The notes under the pieces: generated by a model
Seen by the model: the letters and a program-made list of their open reading frames with translations, nothing else
Databases searched by the model: none
What the model was told of the DNA's origin: nothing
In this document: positions 17,961 to 27,386 of the stretch, piece by piece
Layout: each line of letters begins with the position of its first letter
Position numbering within the stretch: the stretch's first letter is position 1
Origin: Eubacteriales bacterium
GTDB taxonomy: Bacteria > Bacillota > Clostridia > Christensenellales > UMGS416
Assembly: GCA_040883315.1 (NCBI GenBank)
Contig: JBFLKU010000029.1
Span: forward strand, 1 to 64,000
DNA: 64,000 nt
Direction of reading: 5' to 3'
Program-made: the position numbers and the translations under genes

Positions 17961-18611
17961 ATGAACAATAAAAAAACAGGACGACTAACAGGAATACTCT
18001 TTATTGCTGCTACAGCAGCCGGAGTGGCAAGCCTTTCCTTCATCAGTGTGAAAGATGGAAATGACTTCGCCGCACAAATAAACCAAAACCCCAATACCTT
18101 GCTGGTTGGTGCATTCCTAATATTGCTGATGGGAATATTCTGCAGTGCAATTGCATTTTCCATCTATCCTATGCTCAGCAAACATAGCAAAGGTCTGGCA
18201 ATAGGTGCCGCAGGGTTTCGCACAATAGAGGGCGGAATATTCATAGCATCTGCCGGCATTCTGGCAGCTATGGTGCCTGCTGCAGCATACAGCCAGGACG
18301 CAGCCGCCGTGCTGAGGATAGCACACGAAAGTGTTTCGGAAAACGCTGCCTTTGCATTCTGCGTAGGTGCACTGCTATACTACATCGGCTTCTACAAAAC
18401 AAAGCTGGTTCCAAGATGGCTATCCATCTGGGGCATAGCAGCAATAATACTGCATTTCGGTGCAAATGTATCTGTCTTCTTCGGAGCAGAGTCATTCTCC
18501 ACTGTAAATGTGATAATCAACATTCCTATAGCTATACAGGAAATGGTGCTGGCAGTATGGCTATTGATATTCGGCTTTAAAGAAGTGCCGGCACGCGAAA
18601 AAATAAACTAA
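17961..18611 (+). CDS. DUF4386-like polytopic membrane protein
   Basis: About 216 aa. The hydrophobic profile and C-terminal 'IQEMVLAVWLLIFGFKEV' resemble the DUF4386 family. Confidence 0.6.
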   Translation: MNNKKTGRLTGILFIAATAAGVASLSFISVKDGNDFAAQINQNPNTLLVGAFLILLMGIFCSAIAFSIYPMLSKHSKGLAIGAAGFRTIEGGIFIASAGILAAMVPAAAYSQDAAAVLRIAHESVSENAAFAFCVGALLYYIGFYKTKLVPRWLSIWGIAAIILHFGANVSVFFGAESFSTVNVIINIPIAIQEMVLAVWLLIFGFKEVPAREKIN

Positions 18612-18643
18612 AAAATATAAGTATATTCAGGAGGAAAAAGCAT

Positions 18644-19222
18644 ATGAAAATGCAAGAGAAAAAATTAAAGAAGTTTAACGTATATAAGAACATAACCAAT
18701 GTACTTTTTATACTAACAGTGATATTGGGAGCATTATTTTTGGTGACATCCGTTTTAGCCACCAGTTTCCTATCCGTTTCAGGATACGATGTGATTGACA
18801 TTGTCAGAAAGATTTTAACAGAAGTTAACCCGGAAGCACTAGCATTGATACCGAATAATTTCACCATACCGTATGGACTAATTATTACCGGAATAATAGC
18901 AGCTCTATTCAGTATGGCACTTACAGCCTATATCTTCAAAGCTGTGTCTATTATGTTTGGCAGAATAGTACAAGAAGAGACACCATTTACAGAAGGCGTG
19001 GTAAAAGGGCTAAAGCACATGGGAATAGCATTCTTTGTCTACACAGCAATTATATTTATAATCGGAATAATTGCAAGCACAGCTACAAACCACCCTATGA
19101 ATATGAACATTGATATTACTATAAAATGGACTTACATCATGTTTGGTCTGCTTCTATTCTCACTAGGCGAGATATTTGAATTCGGAATGAATCTGCAAAA
19201 CGACAGCGAAAGCATAGTATAA
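18644..19222 (+). CDS. DUF2975-family membrane protein (YoaS-like)
   Basis: Four-TM protein immediately upstream of a small XRE HTH gene, the canonical DUF2975-HTH pair. Confidence 0.65.
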   Translation: MKMQEKKLKKFNVYKNITNVLFILTVILGALFLVTSVLATSFLSVSGYDVIDIVRKILTEVNPEALALIPNNFTIPYGLIITGIIAALFSMALTAYIFKAVSIMFGRIVQEETPFTEGVVKGLKHMGIAFFVYTAIIFIIGIIASTATNHPMNMNIDITIKWTYIMFGLLLFSLGEIFEFGMNLQNDSESIV

Positions 19223-19234
19223 GGGAGTGATGAA

Positions 19235-19441
19235 ATGATTATAGTACGTCTGGACAAAATGATGGCCGACCGAAAGATTTCATTAAATGAGCTTTCAGAG
19301 AAAGTAGGGCTTTCCAATGTGAATCTTTCTTTGCTGAAAACCGGCAAGGTGAAAGGGATCCGCTTCAATACACTGGATGCAATCTGCGAGACATTGGACT
19401 GTACACCAGGAGATATTTTGGAATACGAAAAGGAACTTTGA
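19235..19441 (+). CDS. XRE-family helix-turn-helix transcriptional regulator (YozG-like)
   Basis: 'ISLNELSEKVGLSNVNLSLLKTGKVKGIRFNTLDAICETLDCTPGDIL'. Confidence 0.8.
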   Translation: MIIVRLDKMMADRKISLNELSEKVGLSNVNLSLLKTGKVKGIRFNTLDAICETLDCTPGDILEYEKEL

Positions 19442-19456
19442 GTATTATAAAATATC

Positions 19457-19775
19457 GAAAACAATTATCAACAAAAATATCTATAGGCTACTCATGCCTG
19501 AATGGTTAATTCCTTGGAATTAACATCACATTAGTGATTGCAGGCTGAATAGCATAGATTTAGTAAAAAGCATAGTAGATATCCTAGAATATGAAAGAGA
19601 ATCTTGAATGTTCTAGATATCACAAAACAATTATCAACAAAAACATCTATGGGCTACTCATGCCTGCATGGTTAATTCCCTGGAATTAACATCACATTAG
19701 TGATTGCAGACTGGATAGCACAGATTTAGCAAAAAGCTTACAGATATCCTATAGCATGTTCTAGATATCACAATA
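19457..19775. repeat. Two tandem copies (167 and 152 bp) of the same structured repeat family as 5875-6430
   Basis: Shared 5' 'AAAACAATTAtcAAcaAAAAcATCTAT..CTCATGCCTG(C/A)ATGG' and 'TTGCAG(G/A)CTG(G/A)ATAGCA(C/T)AG'. Internal perfect palindromes GTTAATTCCttGGAATTAAC and ATCACattaGTGAT. Confidence 0.8.
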
Positions 19776-19834
19776 ATGAAAAATGGTCCGTATGGAAAGC
19801 AATCTATACGGACCAAAAAATAAGAGGTAAAAAA

Positions 19835-20503
19835 ATGAAAGAATCAAATAAACTAAGTCTGCAGAAGGCAGGCGGAATATCCATGATATACGCAGGACTG
19901 GCATACCTAGCGATGATAGTATATTTCCTAGGGATAATAGACTATACAAGCATCACAGATGCAGGCGAAAAAATACAGCTTTTTTCACAAAACCAAGCTG
20001 GCTTCTATGTAATATATCTGCTGGGCTATGTGATTTTCGGATTGGCTTTGGTGGTTATTTCCCTGTCACTATACGAAAAGCTAAAGCAATCATCCAGCAT
20101 TACAAAAATTGCCGCAGTATATGGCATTATATGGGCAGCTCTTTTGATAGGAGCAGGCACAATATATAATAGAGGAATTGCAACTGCTGTGCAGATGTAT
20201 GCCAGCGACCCAGCAGGCGCAATAGCGTTTTTGAATGCCACTGAAGCCACAGCACTTGGCATCAGCTTTTCAGACGGCGAAATACTGGGCGGCCTTTGGA
20301 CACTGCTTATAAGCATTGCAGCAATGAAGGGAAAAATATTTAACAAGGCAATTAATTATTTGGGCTTGGTTGTGGGCACTGCAGGCATATTGTCAGTCAT
20401 ACCTGCTATCAACGAATTCGGAGGCACTGGAATATTTGGCATAGGTCAGATGATATGGTTTGTATGGGTTGGCATACTGATGCTAAAGGAAAAACAAGCA
20501 TAG
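19835..20503 (+). CDS. DUF4386-like polytopic membrane protein (paralog of 17961-18611)
   Basis: Similar length and topology. AAGAGG RBS. Confidence 0.55.
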   Translation: MKESNKLSLQKAGGISMIYAGLAYLAMIVYFLGIIDYTSITDAGEKIQLFSQNQAGFYVIYLLGYVIFGLALVVISLSLYEKLKQSSSITKIAAVYGIIWAALLIGAGTIYNRGIATAVQMYASDPAGAIAFLNATEATALGISFSDGEILGGLWTLLISIAAMKGKIFNKAINYLGLVVGTAGILSVIPAINEFGGTGIFGIGQMIWFVWVGILMLKEKQA

Positions 20504-20513
20504 TCAATAAGCG

Positions 20514-20541
20514 AAAAGCCTGCAAAAGCAGGCTTTTTTTA
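20514..20541 (+). terminator. Intrinsic terminator
   Basis: AAAGCCTGC-aaa-GCAGGCTTT then TTTTTTT. Confidence 0.75.
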
Positions 20542-20566
20542 TACCGTTTATTGGTAGCAGAAATGG

Positions 20567-21046
20567 CTAAATCAGTTCAAAAAACCTCTCTCTGATTTCA
20601 TATGCCGAGTATCTGAAAAGTACTATTAGAAAAAAATAAATAATAATAACTGCCCATACAAAGCCTGCGGTGTTTTCATAATATACTCCGTATTTAGCGT
20701 GACAATATATAGAGCCGACTATCTCAGATATAAGTATACCGAAAATAAATGTGAAAACCAGATATAGTAGATATATCATTCGAATTTTTATAGTTACTTC
20801 TCGAATTTCACCCTTTTCCCTTAACTTGCCATCTATGATTGCCCAAGATAAATTTCTGTGGCTCCAGCTTCGAGATATAATGAAACTGTCATGTCCGATT
20901 TTGCTTATGAAATCTAAATCAAAATCTCTAAACATGAAGGACCAATTCTCTAAGCAAAATGTAGAATTTTTAGCCAGAATATTTAGTATTTCATCTTTAG
21001 TTTTATTTGTAGTAAATGTGATTTTATCATATGGTATTAAAAACAT
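20567..21046 (-). CDS. Hypothetical protein (soluble N-domain plus 2 C-terminal TM), tandem paralog 1
   Basis: 159 aa. Shares the 'IIDG...E.GE.R...KIR' motif and topology with 21107-21586. Confidence 0.5.
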   Translation of the reverse strand: MFLIPYDKITFTTNKTKDEILNILAKNSTFCLENWSFMFRDFDLDFISKIGHDSFIISRSWSHRNLSWAIIDGKLREKGEIREVTIKIRMIYLLYLVFTFIFGILISEIVGSIYCHAKYGVYYENTAGFVWAVIIIYFFLIVLFRYSAYEIRERFFELI

Positions 21047-21106
21047 TAATTCTGCACTCTATTCTTTATTAATTCTCTTCTCGTAGTCTGCTATAATGCT
21101 CTCTAG

Positions 21107-21586
21107 CTACTCTTTGCATTTTCCAGCACTTGCCCTGAATGCAAAAGGCACTACGCTGAATACTAGAAGAAGCATGATAGAATATGCATAGCCTGCTTTT
21201 CCCATTCCGCCAATAATCCATCTATAAATTGCTCCCATTGTGGCTACTATCAAAAGCAATATTATTAAAAAGAAAAATATAGCTGTAAAAAAGTTTATTC
21301 TAATTTTCAAATCTATGACTCGAAATTCACCCTCTTCACATATTTCTCCATCTATTATAGGCAAAGCAGAGCTTCTGTAATATATTAATTTTTTGATTGT
21401 AAATTTGCTGTCTTCTATACTTCCAACATATATCTTTTTGTTCTGTCCTTCTTCACCGTAAATATATGTTATTTCTCTCATTATTTCGATTATTTCACTT
21501 TTTTGCATCTTGGTTGTAATCTTGTATCTGTAGTATGGTAAAAATTTTATTAACCAGCTTTTTTGCCTATTATTCATCCTTACCAT
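21107..21586 (-). CDS. Hypothetical protein, tandem paralog 2
   Basis: 159 aa, same architecture as 20567-21046. Confidence 0.5.
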   Translation of the reverse strand: MVRMNNRQKSWLIKFLPYYRYKITTKMQKSEIIEIMREITYIYGEEGQNKKIYVGSIEDSKFTIKKLIYYRSSALPIIDGEICEEGEFRVIDLKIRINFFTAIFFFLIILLLIVATMGAIYRWIIGGMGKAGYAYSIMLLLVFSVVPFAFRASAGKCKE

Positions 21587-22427
21587 TTTCTTGCTCCTCT
21601 GCCTCCGCTTCGGCTTTTTGTCTCTCCTCCTCGTCCAGCTTCTCTCGCTCCTGCAGATAGTATCTCATGCTGTAGGTGAAAAGAAACGCCTGTGCAAACA
21701 CATAGTAGACGCTGAGGCATGATATCAGGAATATGAAAATCAATGCCAAAAGCCTTGGCGGCAAATCAATGGTGGGCACTGCGTAGGCTATATCCCACCC
21801 TACATTATGGAAATATATCATGAATATCGCACTCACAATAATAGCCGGCGTCATAACAACAGTAGAGGTAAAATACATCTTCAGATAGTATCTGCTGCCT
21901 ACAAAAAATGTATTAGGCAGGCTGTCTATAAATCTATCCTCTGCAATAACCGACGTGAGGCTGATTATCCAAAAAACTGCCCATGCGGAAAATGCCACTA
22001 AATAAAGTGCAAAGCCCAGATTTGGGACTGCAAAGAATAAAAATAACGCTATGAAAACAGCAAACAGAGTAAGAAATGCAAACAGGCTTTTCAAAAGTAT
22101 TCTCCATGAATAGGAGAAAAATCTCCCCTGCGACCATGTTATCTTTTCATTTCCCGTCACTGCCTTATATACGTATCCATAAAGCGGCGGCAAAACAAAA
22201 ATAGCCATCAAAATGTATGCAAATGGCGAAGCAAATGCATAAGTTCTGATAACTTCTCTAAAATTGGGAACATCATCTATTCGGGAATAGTCCCCGAGAA
22301 GAGTTAGTATAATTGACTGATAAACAGGGAAAACCGTGGCAAGCCCAATTATTACAGGAATAGTAAATCCCCAAAGCATTTTGGGATATTGCTTAATAGT
22401 CTCTATAGTTTTCTTCCACATAATCAT
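21570..22427 (-). CDS. Hypothetical polytopic membrane protein with an acidic Glu/Ala C-terminal tail
   Basis: 6-7 TM. C-terminal 'EEERQKAEAEAEEQENGKDE'. Confidence 0.55.
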   Translation of the reverse strand: MIMWKKTIETIKQYPKMLWGFTIPVIIGLATVFPVYQSIILTLLGDYSRIDDVPNFREVIRTYAFASPFAYILMAIFVLPPLYGYVYKAVTGNEKITWSQGRFFSYSWRILLKSLFAFLTLFAVFIALFLFFAVPNLGFALYLVAFSAWAVFWIISLTSVIAEDRFIDSLPNTFFVGSRYYLKMYFTSTVVMTPAIIVSAIFMIYFHNVGWDIAYAVPTIDLPPRLLALIFIFLISCLSVYYVFAQAFLFTYSMRYYLQEREKLDEEERQKAEAEAEEQENGKDE

Positions 22428-22603
22428 CCACCCTTTTTATCTTTATCTATTTATATAATAGCAATATTTGCTATTATATTCAAGTTTTTGGAGCTATTTG
22501 TGGTATTATTTTTTTGAAATTCTTGATATCCTAAACATACGCCATAGATAATTATTAAGCAAATAAAAGGAATACAAAACATCTGTTTCTAATTTATATC
22601 ATT

Positions 22604-23236
22604 TTATTTTTTCATGTATCTATATACGCTAGGCTCAGATATCCCCAGCTCCTGTGCCGTCTGCGCCACTGTGCCCTTCAGTAGGAATATTCCCTTTTTC
22701 TGCAGAGATTTTACTACGGCTGTTTTTTCCTCTACAGACATTCTGGATGGATGGATTCCCACCTTCTCTACAGCTCTTTTTATTTGATATGTGCAGTACT
22801 CGTCTACACTGCCATCCAGCCTCTCCTGCACGCTCTCGTCGCCTATTTTTTCCTCACTGAATGAAAGATGCTCATCTACGAATGCCTTTATGTGGTTGAG
22901 CATGCTTACATTTGTGTTTATGCACAGTGCACCGATAGGTTCGCCCTCTTCATCCTCTATTATCATAGTGGATGCACGTAGCACATCGCCATTGGCTGAA
23001 TATACTTTGTAGTTGGAAAGGTATTTTCTACTCTTAAATTCACCGTCGATTATCATTTTAAGCAGCAGATCGGTGATAGAATCCCCCTCTTTTCTGCCGC
23101 TGATATGACCGTTTTTTATTGATATTATGGATTTTTTATAGTCGGATAAATCATGGAGTACAATTTCTGTGTTGCTACCGAAAATGTTTGACAAAAAATC
23201 AACCATTTTCATATATGGCTTTAGCTTGTCTACCAT
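22604..23236 (-). CDS. YheO-like PAS-domain plus HTH transcriptional regulator
   Basis: Sensor-like N-domain and C-terminal HTH 'TAQELGISEPSVYRYMKK'. AAGGAG RBS 9 nt before ATG 23236. Confidence 0.7.
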   Translation of the reverse strand: MVDKLKPYMKMVDFLSNIFGSNTEIVLHDLSDYKKSIISIKNGHISGRKEGDSITDLLLKMIIDGEFKSRKYLSNYKVYSANGDVLRASTMIIEDEEGEPIGALCINTNVSMLNHIKAFVDEHLSFSEEKIGDESVQERLDGSVDEYCTYQIKRAVEKVGIHPSRMSVEEKTAVVKSLQKKGIFLLKGTVAQTAQELGISEPSVYRYMKK

Positions 23237-23305
23237 TTTTCTTTTCTCCTTAGTTGATGCATACCTATAAAAGGCTGCGTTCAACAGCCTTTTACAAAAT
23301 ATGCC

Positions 23306-23683
23306 CTACTTATATGCTACCATTTCTATCTCGATCTTTGCGCCTTTGGGTAGCGCGCCCACTTCAAATGCCGCTCTAGCAGGGCAGTCAGATTCAAAAA
23401 ATTCTGCATATACTTCGTTCATCTTAACAAATTCATCAATACTGTTTAAATAAACTGTTGTTTTCACCACATCATCCAGGCTATAGCCGGCAGCCTTTAA
23501 TATTGCCTCTGCATTTAGTATGCACTGCTTTGTTTGCTCCTGAATAGTAGAACCAATAAATTTGCCTGTGGCAGGGTGTATGGGCAGCTGACCGGACACA
23601 AAAAGGAATCCGTTTGCTTTGACTGCCTGAGAGTATGGACCAATTGCCCCTGGTGCATTTTCTGTTTTTATTATCTCTTTCAT
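23306..23683 (-). CDS. ridA: RidA/YjgF-family reactive intermediate deaminase
   Basis: '[11 protein letters not shown]', 'ARAA.EV..LP.GA.IEIE' signature. Confidence 0.85.
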   Translation of the reverse strand: MKEIIKTENAPGAIGPYSQAVKANGFLFVSGQLPIHPATGKFIGSTIQEQTKQCILNAEAILKAAGYSLDDVVKTTVYLNSIDEFVKMNEVYAEFFESDCPARAAFEVGALPKGAKIEIEMVAYK

Positions 23684-23702
23684 TTTGCCCTCCGATTGCA
23701 AT

Positions 23703-24887
23703 TTAGTTCATCTGACTAATGCGTATGTCGTATTGTTCCTTGAACTGCTTCAGTACTTTTTCTATTGTTGATCTCTGTGTTGCCAGATTGAACCGAACAA
23801 AATTTTTGCCTGTATCTCTTCCAAACATTGTGCCCATGTTCACAGCCACCTTCACCTTTTTCACGAAGAAGTCTTTCAGTTCGCTTTCCTTGTATTTCAG
23901 AGCAGTGCAGTCCACCCACATCAGGTAGGTGCCCTCCATATTCGTGCACTTTATCTGGCTCATGTTCTGCTCTATGTATTTTTGCGCAAATTTAAAATTG
24001 CCTTCTATATATTCTATCTGCTCATCCAGCCACTTTTCGCCGTGCTCATATGCAGCAATAGTTGCCTCTATTCCGAATATATTTATGCCGCCTGCTCCTA
24101 TGGAATTTTGAAAAGCTATCAGCTTCTTCTTCAGTTCCGCATTCTTTACTATAGCCACAGACGACTCCAGCCCAGCAATATTAAACGTCTTGCTAGGTGC
24201 CATCAGAGTGATTGTTCTATCTGCTATTTCCTCAGAAAGCGTTGCCATTGGCGTGTGCACAAAATCTTTCAATATTAAATCCGAATGTATTTCGTCTGAT
24301 ATTATCAATATGTCGTTGTCCACGCAGATTTTGCCCAGCTCCAAAAGCTCCTCTTTTGTCCACACTCTGCCCACAGGGTTGTGCGGGCTGCAAAGTATTA
24401 TCATCTTTGTGTCTGTGTCTATCTGGCCTTTTAGGGGTGCAAAATCCATGAAATATCTGCCGCCGTCCAGCACCAGATTGTTCTCTATCAGCTTTCTATT
24501 ATTGTTGGTGACGGCAGAATAGAATGGAAAATAAACAGGGGGCTGAACTATTATTTTGTCACCCTCTTTTGTGAATGCGTGCACAGCCCAGTTGATGGCA
24601 GCCACTACGCCGGGTATGGCTACGATGTGGTCTTTTTCTATTTGCCAGCCGTGTCTTTTTTGCATCCAATTGATTATAGATGTATAAAACCTATCGCTTC
24701 TTCTGGTGTATCCGTATGCCCCGTGTTCTGCTCTTTTTTTTAGGGCCTCCACCACCTCTTTGGGGGCTTCAAAGTCTGAATCCGCCACCCACATAGGTGT
24801 GATATCACCTGCGCCAAAAATCTCCTCTAGGTAGTCCCATTTAATGGAGCATGTGCCGCGTCTATCGATAGGTTTATCAAAATTCAT
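23703..24887 (-). CDS. PLP-dependent C-S lyase (MalY/PatB-type cystathionine beta-lyase)
   Basis: About 394 aa. '[10 protein letters not shown]', 'SDEIH' and 'SKTFN' carrying the lysine, the aminotransferase class I/II fold of the PatB subfamily. Confidence 0.85.
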   Translation of the reverse strand: MNFDKPIDRRGTCSIKWDYLEEIFGAGDITPMWVADSDFEAPKEVVEALKKRAEHGAYGYTRRSDRFYTSIINWMQKRHGWQIEKDHIVAIPGVVAAINWAVHAFTKEGDKIIVQPPVYFPFYSAVTNNNRKLIENNLVLDGGRYFMDFAPLKGQIDTDTKMIILCSPHNPVGRVWTKEELLELGKICVDNDILIISDEIHSDLILKDFVHTPMATLSEEIADRTITLMAPSKTFNIAGLESSVAIVKNAELKKKLIAFQNSIGAGGINIFGIEATIAAYEHGEKWLDEQIEYIEGNFKFAQKYIEQNMSQIKCTNMEGTYLMWVDCTALKYKESELKDFFVKKVKVAVNMGTMFGRDTGKNFVRFNLATQRSTIEKVLKQFKEQYDIRISQMN

Positions 24888-25029
24888 ATGTGTTTCCTTT
24901 TTCTTCGGGAATAATCTGTAATAAGAATTTATTTACTTAATAATATTTTATCATCTACTGGCGAAAAATCAATGATTTTGTAAAAATATTCTTTATTTTA
25001 AGGAAAAATATTTACCAAATCCATGTTAT

Positions 25030-25059
25030 TTGACATTATCGGCGATAAAACTGTATAAT
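25030..25059 (+). promoter_or_regulatory. Sigma-70-type promoter TTGACA-18-TATAAT
   Basis: Consensus hexamers, upstream of a strong-RBS mini-ORF and the Mor-like gene. Confidence 0.35.
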
Positions 25060-25242
25060 ATCTGCATAATAAACGAAAGGCAGGTGAGCATTTTCTGAAA
25101 TTACAAACTAAATATTCGAACAAAAATACAGTGAAAAGGAGGTGCACACCGTGTCCAAAAACGACCTGAACAGAACTGACAAACTCCATACAAAGTCTGC
25201 ATAGTGGCAATGCTTTGTGTGGAGTATGAAAATATTGCCCGA

Positions 25243-25256
25243 GTGAATTAATTCAC
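25243..25256. promoter_or_regulatory. Perfect 14-bp palindrome GTGAATTAATTCAC, a candidate operator
   Basis: Immediately upstream of the Mor-like gene start. Confidence 0.3.
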
Positions 25257-25265
25257 ATGTAGGCT

Positions 25266-25574
25266 TTGTATCCTTATGAAACAAAATTTTTAAGGATTGG
25301 AGCCACGAAAGTGAAATATAAAAACGCAAATGATGTTCTGCCAAAGAGGCTTATAATCGAACTGCAAAGCTATGTTTGCGGTGAGATAATATACATCCCC
25401 AAGCCGGCTGAAAAACACAAAAAATGGGGCGAAGTATCAGGAGGCAGAAAATATATCATAGAACGAAATGAAAAAATCCGCAGCACTTTTAAAAAGCAGC
25501 GGAACATAGAAAAGCTGGCTGATGAATTTTCTTTGTCTACAGACAGCATAAAGAAAATAGTATATTCAAAATAA
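25266..25574 (+). CDS. Mor-family (CD3324-like) small transcriptional activator-like protein
   Basis: About 90-100 aa with the C-terminal HTH-like 'IEKLADEFSLSTDSIKKIV'. Start is TTG 25266 or, more likely, GTG 25311 (GGAG 8 nt upstream). Confidence 0.5.
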   Translation: MYPYETKFLRIGATKVKYKNANDVLPKRLIIELQSYVCGEIIYIPKPAEKHKKWGEVSGGRKYIIERNEKIRSTFKKQRNIEKLADEFSLSTDSIKKIVYSK

Positions 25575-25653
25575 TCTAGGGACTGCAATGCAGTCCCTTT
25601 TTGTATGTATTAATTATTTTTACGAATGTATATGCCGTGAAAGTGTATAAAAA

Positions 25654-26454
25654 CTATATGTTAAGGTTTTTTCTTTTGAATATATAAGCTGATAGAGCGA
25701 ATATGCACGCAGCCACAAAAAGAAGAACCAGCGACAATATTAAACCATAAGGAATATTATTGAGTATCTTGTTTGTATCTAGAAGTGTATATGGCGACAT
25801 ATATTTGAAGAACTCAACCCCGCTTCCAATCTCGGAAATAATCTTAAGCATTACAAACAGCACCGGTATGCCTGCCCCGAATGCCAGCGAATACTTGGCA
25901 TCATTAAATATGCATGATGACAAAAAGCTGACAGACCCAACTGCAATGAGCAATAGCAGAGTGACTAAGTTTAAAACCAAGAAACTGCCAATTTCCAGAT
26001 GCCCCGGCCACAGGATAGCGCATAGCACTACAATTATAGATGTAATAAATCCCAAGAGAGCAGTAGTAGAGAGAATAAAATATGCAGCCTGTGTTGTGAT
26101 TATTTTTCCTCTGGTATTAGGTGTGGATAGCAAATATGCCATTGAGCCTTTGTCAACATGTCCAGCAACCAAAGAGTTCGCAGCTATAATGGTATATATC
26201 AGCGGAAAAACCAGCAGAATAAACCCATAAAAATAGCTTGCAAGGTATGTAGTCAAATTTGTTCCTAGTCCGTCAAAGCCAAAAGCTTTTACCATGCCTT
26301 CGGGCATCATGCTGAATACAGCCTGTATTGATGCTGCATCTTCCGGATTAAACATTGCTATTGCAGCAGATACATATATCATTATCATAAATAAGATAGC
26401 GGCAAAAGGAATCCAGTTAAATTTAATATTAGCTTTCAATAATGTGCTATTCAT
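25654..26454 (-). CDS. ABC-2 family transporter permease
   Basis: Six-TM ABC-2 topology, directly downstream of the ATPase with a 1-nt junction. Confidence 0.8.
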   Translation of the reverse strand: MNSTLLKANIKFNWIPFAAILFMIMIYVSAAIAMFNPEDAASIQAVFSMMPEGMVKAFGFDGLGTNLTTYLASYFYGFILLVFPLIYTIIAANSLVAGHVDKGSMAYLLSTPNTRGKIITTQAAYFILSTTALLGFITSIIVVLCAILWPGHLEIGSFLVLNLVTLLLLIAVGSVSFLSSCIFNDAKYSLAFGAGIPVLFVMLKIISEIGSGVEFFKYMSPYTLLDTNKILNNIPYGLILSLVLLFVAACIFALSAYIFKRKNLNI

Positions 26455-27339
26455 TTATTTATCCTCCTTTGAACTATAGTATTTCATAAAGGCGTTCTCC
26501 AGTGACATCTGCTGAGAATCCAGAGAAATAACATCACACTGCAGCAGCATTTTATAAAAATCCTTAAATGGATAAACTGTAGATATTTTCACCGTGTTCT
26601 CGTTAACCTTTTCCGACTCAAATTCACTTTTCAAGATGAAATCTACATCTTTGCTGCTTCCTAAAGTCACCAAATATGTTTTTGTCTTTTGAGCTATTAG
26701 TTCCTTTACATCTTCAATTGCAGCAATACGACCATCTTTAATAATTCCTACTCTGCTGCAGGATTTCTGCACCTCTTCGAAAATATGAGATGACATCAGT
26801 ATGGTCTTTCCTTTTTTGTTTTCTTCGTCTATCAATTCAGAAAATTCAATCTGCATCAGTGGATCCAGCCCGCTTGTTGGTTCGTCCAGAATATATACAT
26901 CCGGATCATGCATAAACGCAGCAATAATTCCTAGCTTTTGTTTCATTCCCTTGGACATCTTTTTAATTTTGCCGCTCGTATCCAAATCAAAGCGTTCTAT
27001 AAGCGAATCCATACGAGTGAAATCCTTCATGCATCGCATATCGCCCATAAATTTCAAAAATTCTATGCCGTTCATTGAATCCAGCAGATTCATTTCACCC
27101 GGCAGATAGCCCACCATTTTTTGAATTTCGCAGGCATCTTTCCAGCAGTCGAGTCCGTTGATTCGGCAGCTGCCCTCAGCAGGGGCAACAAAGCCCAGAA
27201 GGCTTCTGATGGTTGTTGTTTTTCCTGCGCCGTTTGGCCCCAAATAGCCAAATACTTCACCCTTTTTCACACTGAATGTTACATCATAAATCCCCTTTTT
27301 GCTCGGATAGACATAATTCAAACCGTTTATCTCTATCAT
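26455..27339 (-). CDS. ABC transporter ATP-binding protein
   Basis: Walker A 'GPNGAGKTT', signature 'LSKGMKQK', Walker B 'ILDEPTSGLD'. Confidence 0.9.
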   Translation of the reverse strand: MIEINGLNYVYPSKKGIYDVTFSVKKGEVFGYLGPNGAGKTTTIRSLLGFVAPAEGSCRINGLDCWKDACEIQKMVGYLPGEMNLLDSMNGIEFLKFMGDMRCMKDFTRMDSLIERFDLDTSGKIKKMSKGMKQKLGIIAAFMHDPDVYILDEPTSGLDPLMQIEFSELIDEENKKGKTILMSSHIFEEVQKSCSRVGIIKDGRIAAIEDVKELIAQKTKTYLVTLGSSKDVDFILKSEFESEKVNENTVKISTVYPFKDFYKMLLQCDVISLDSQQMSLENAFMKYYSSKEDK

Positions 27340-27386
27340 ACTTCCCTCCTAATTTTTTTATATGCTTTGGCATTATGCCAATTACA

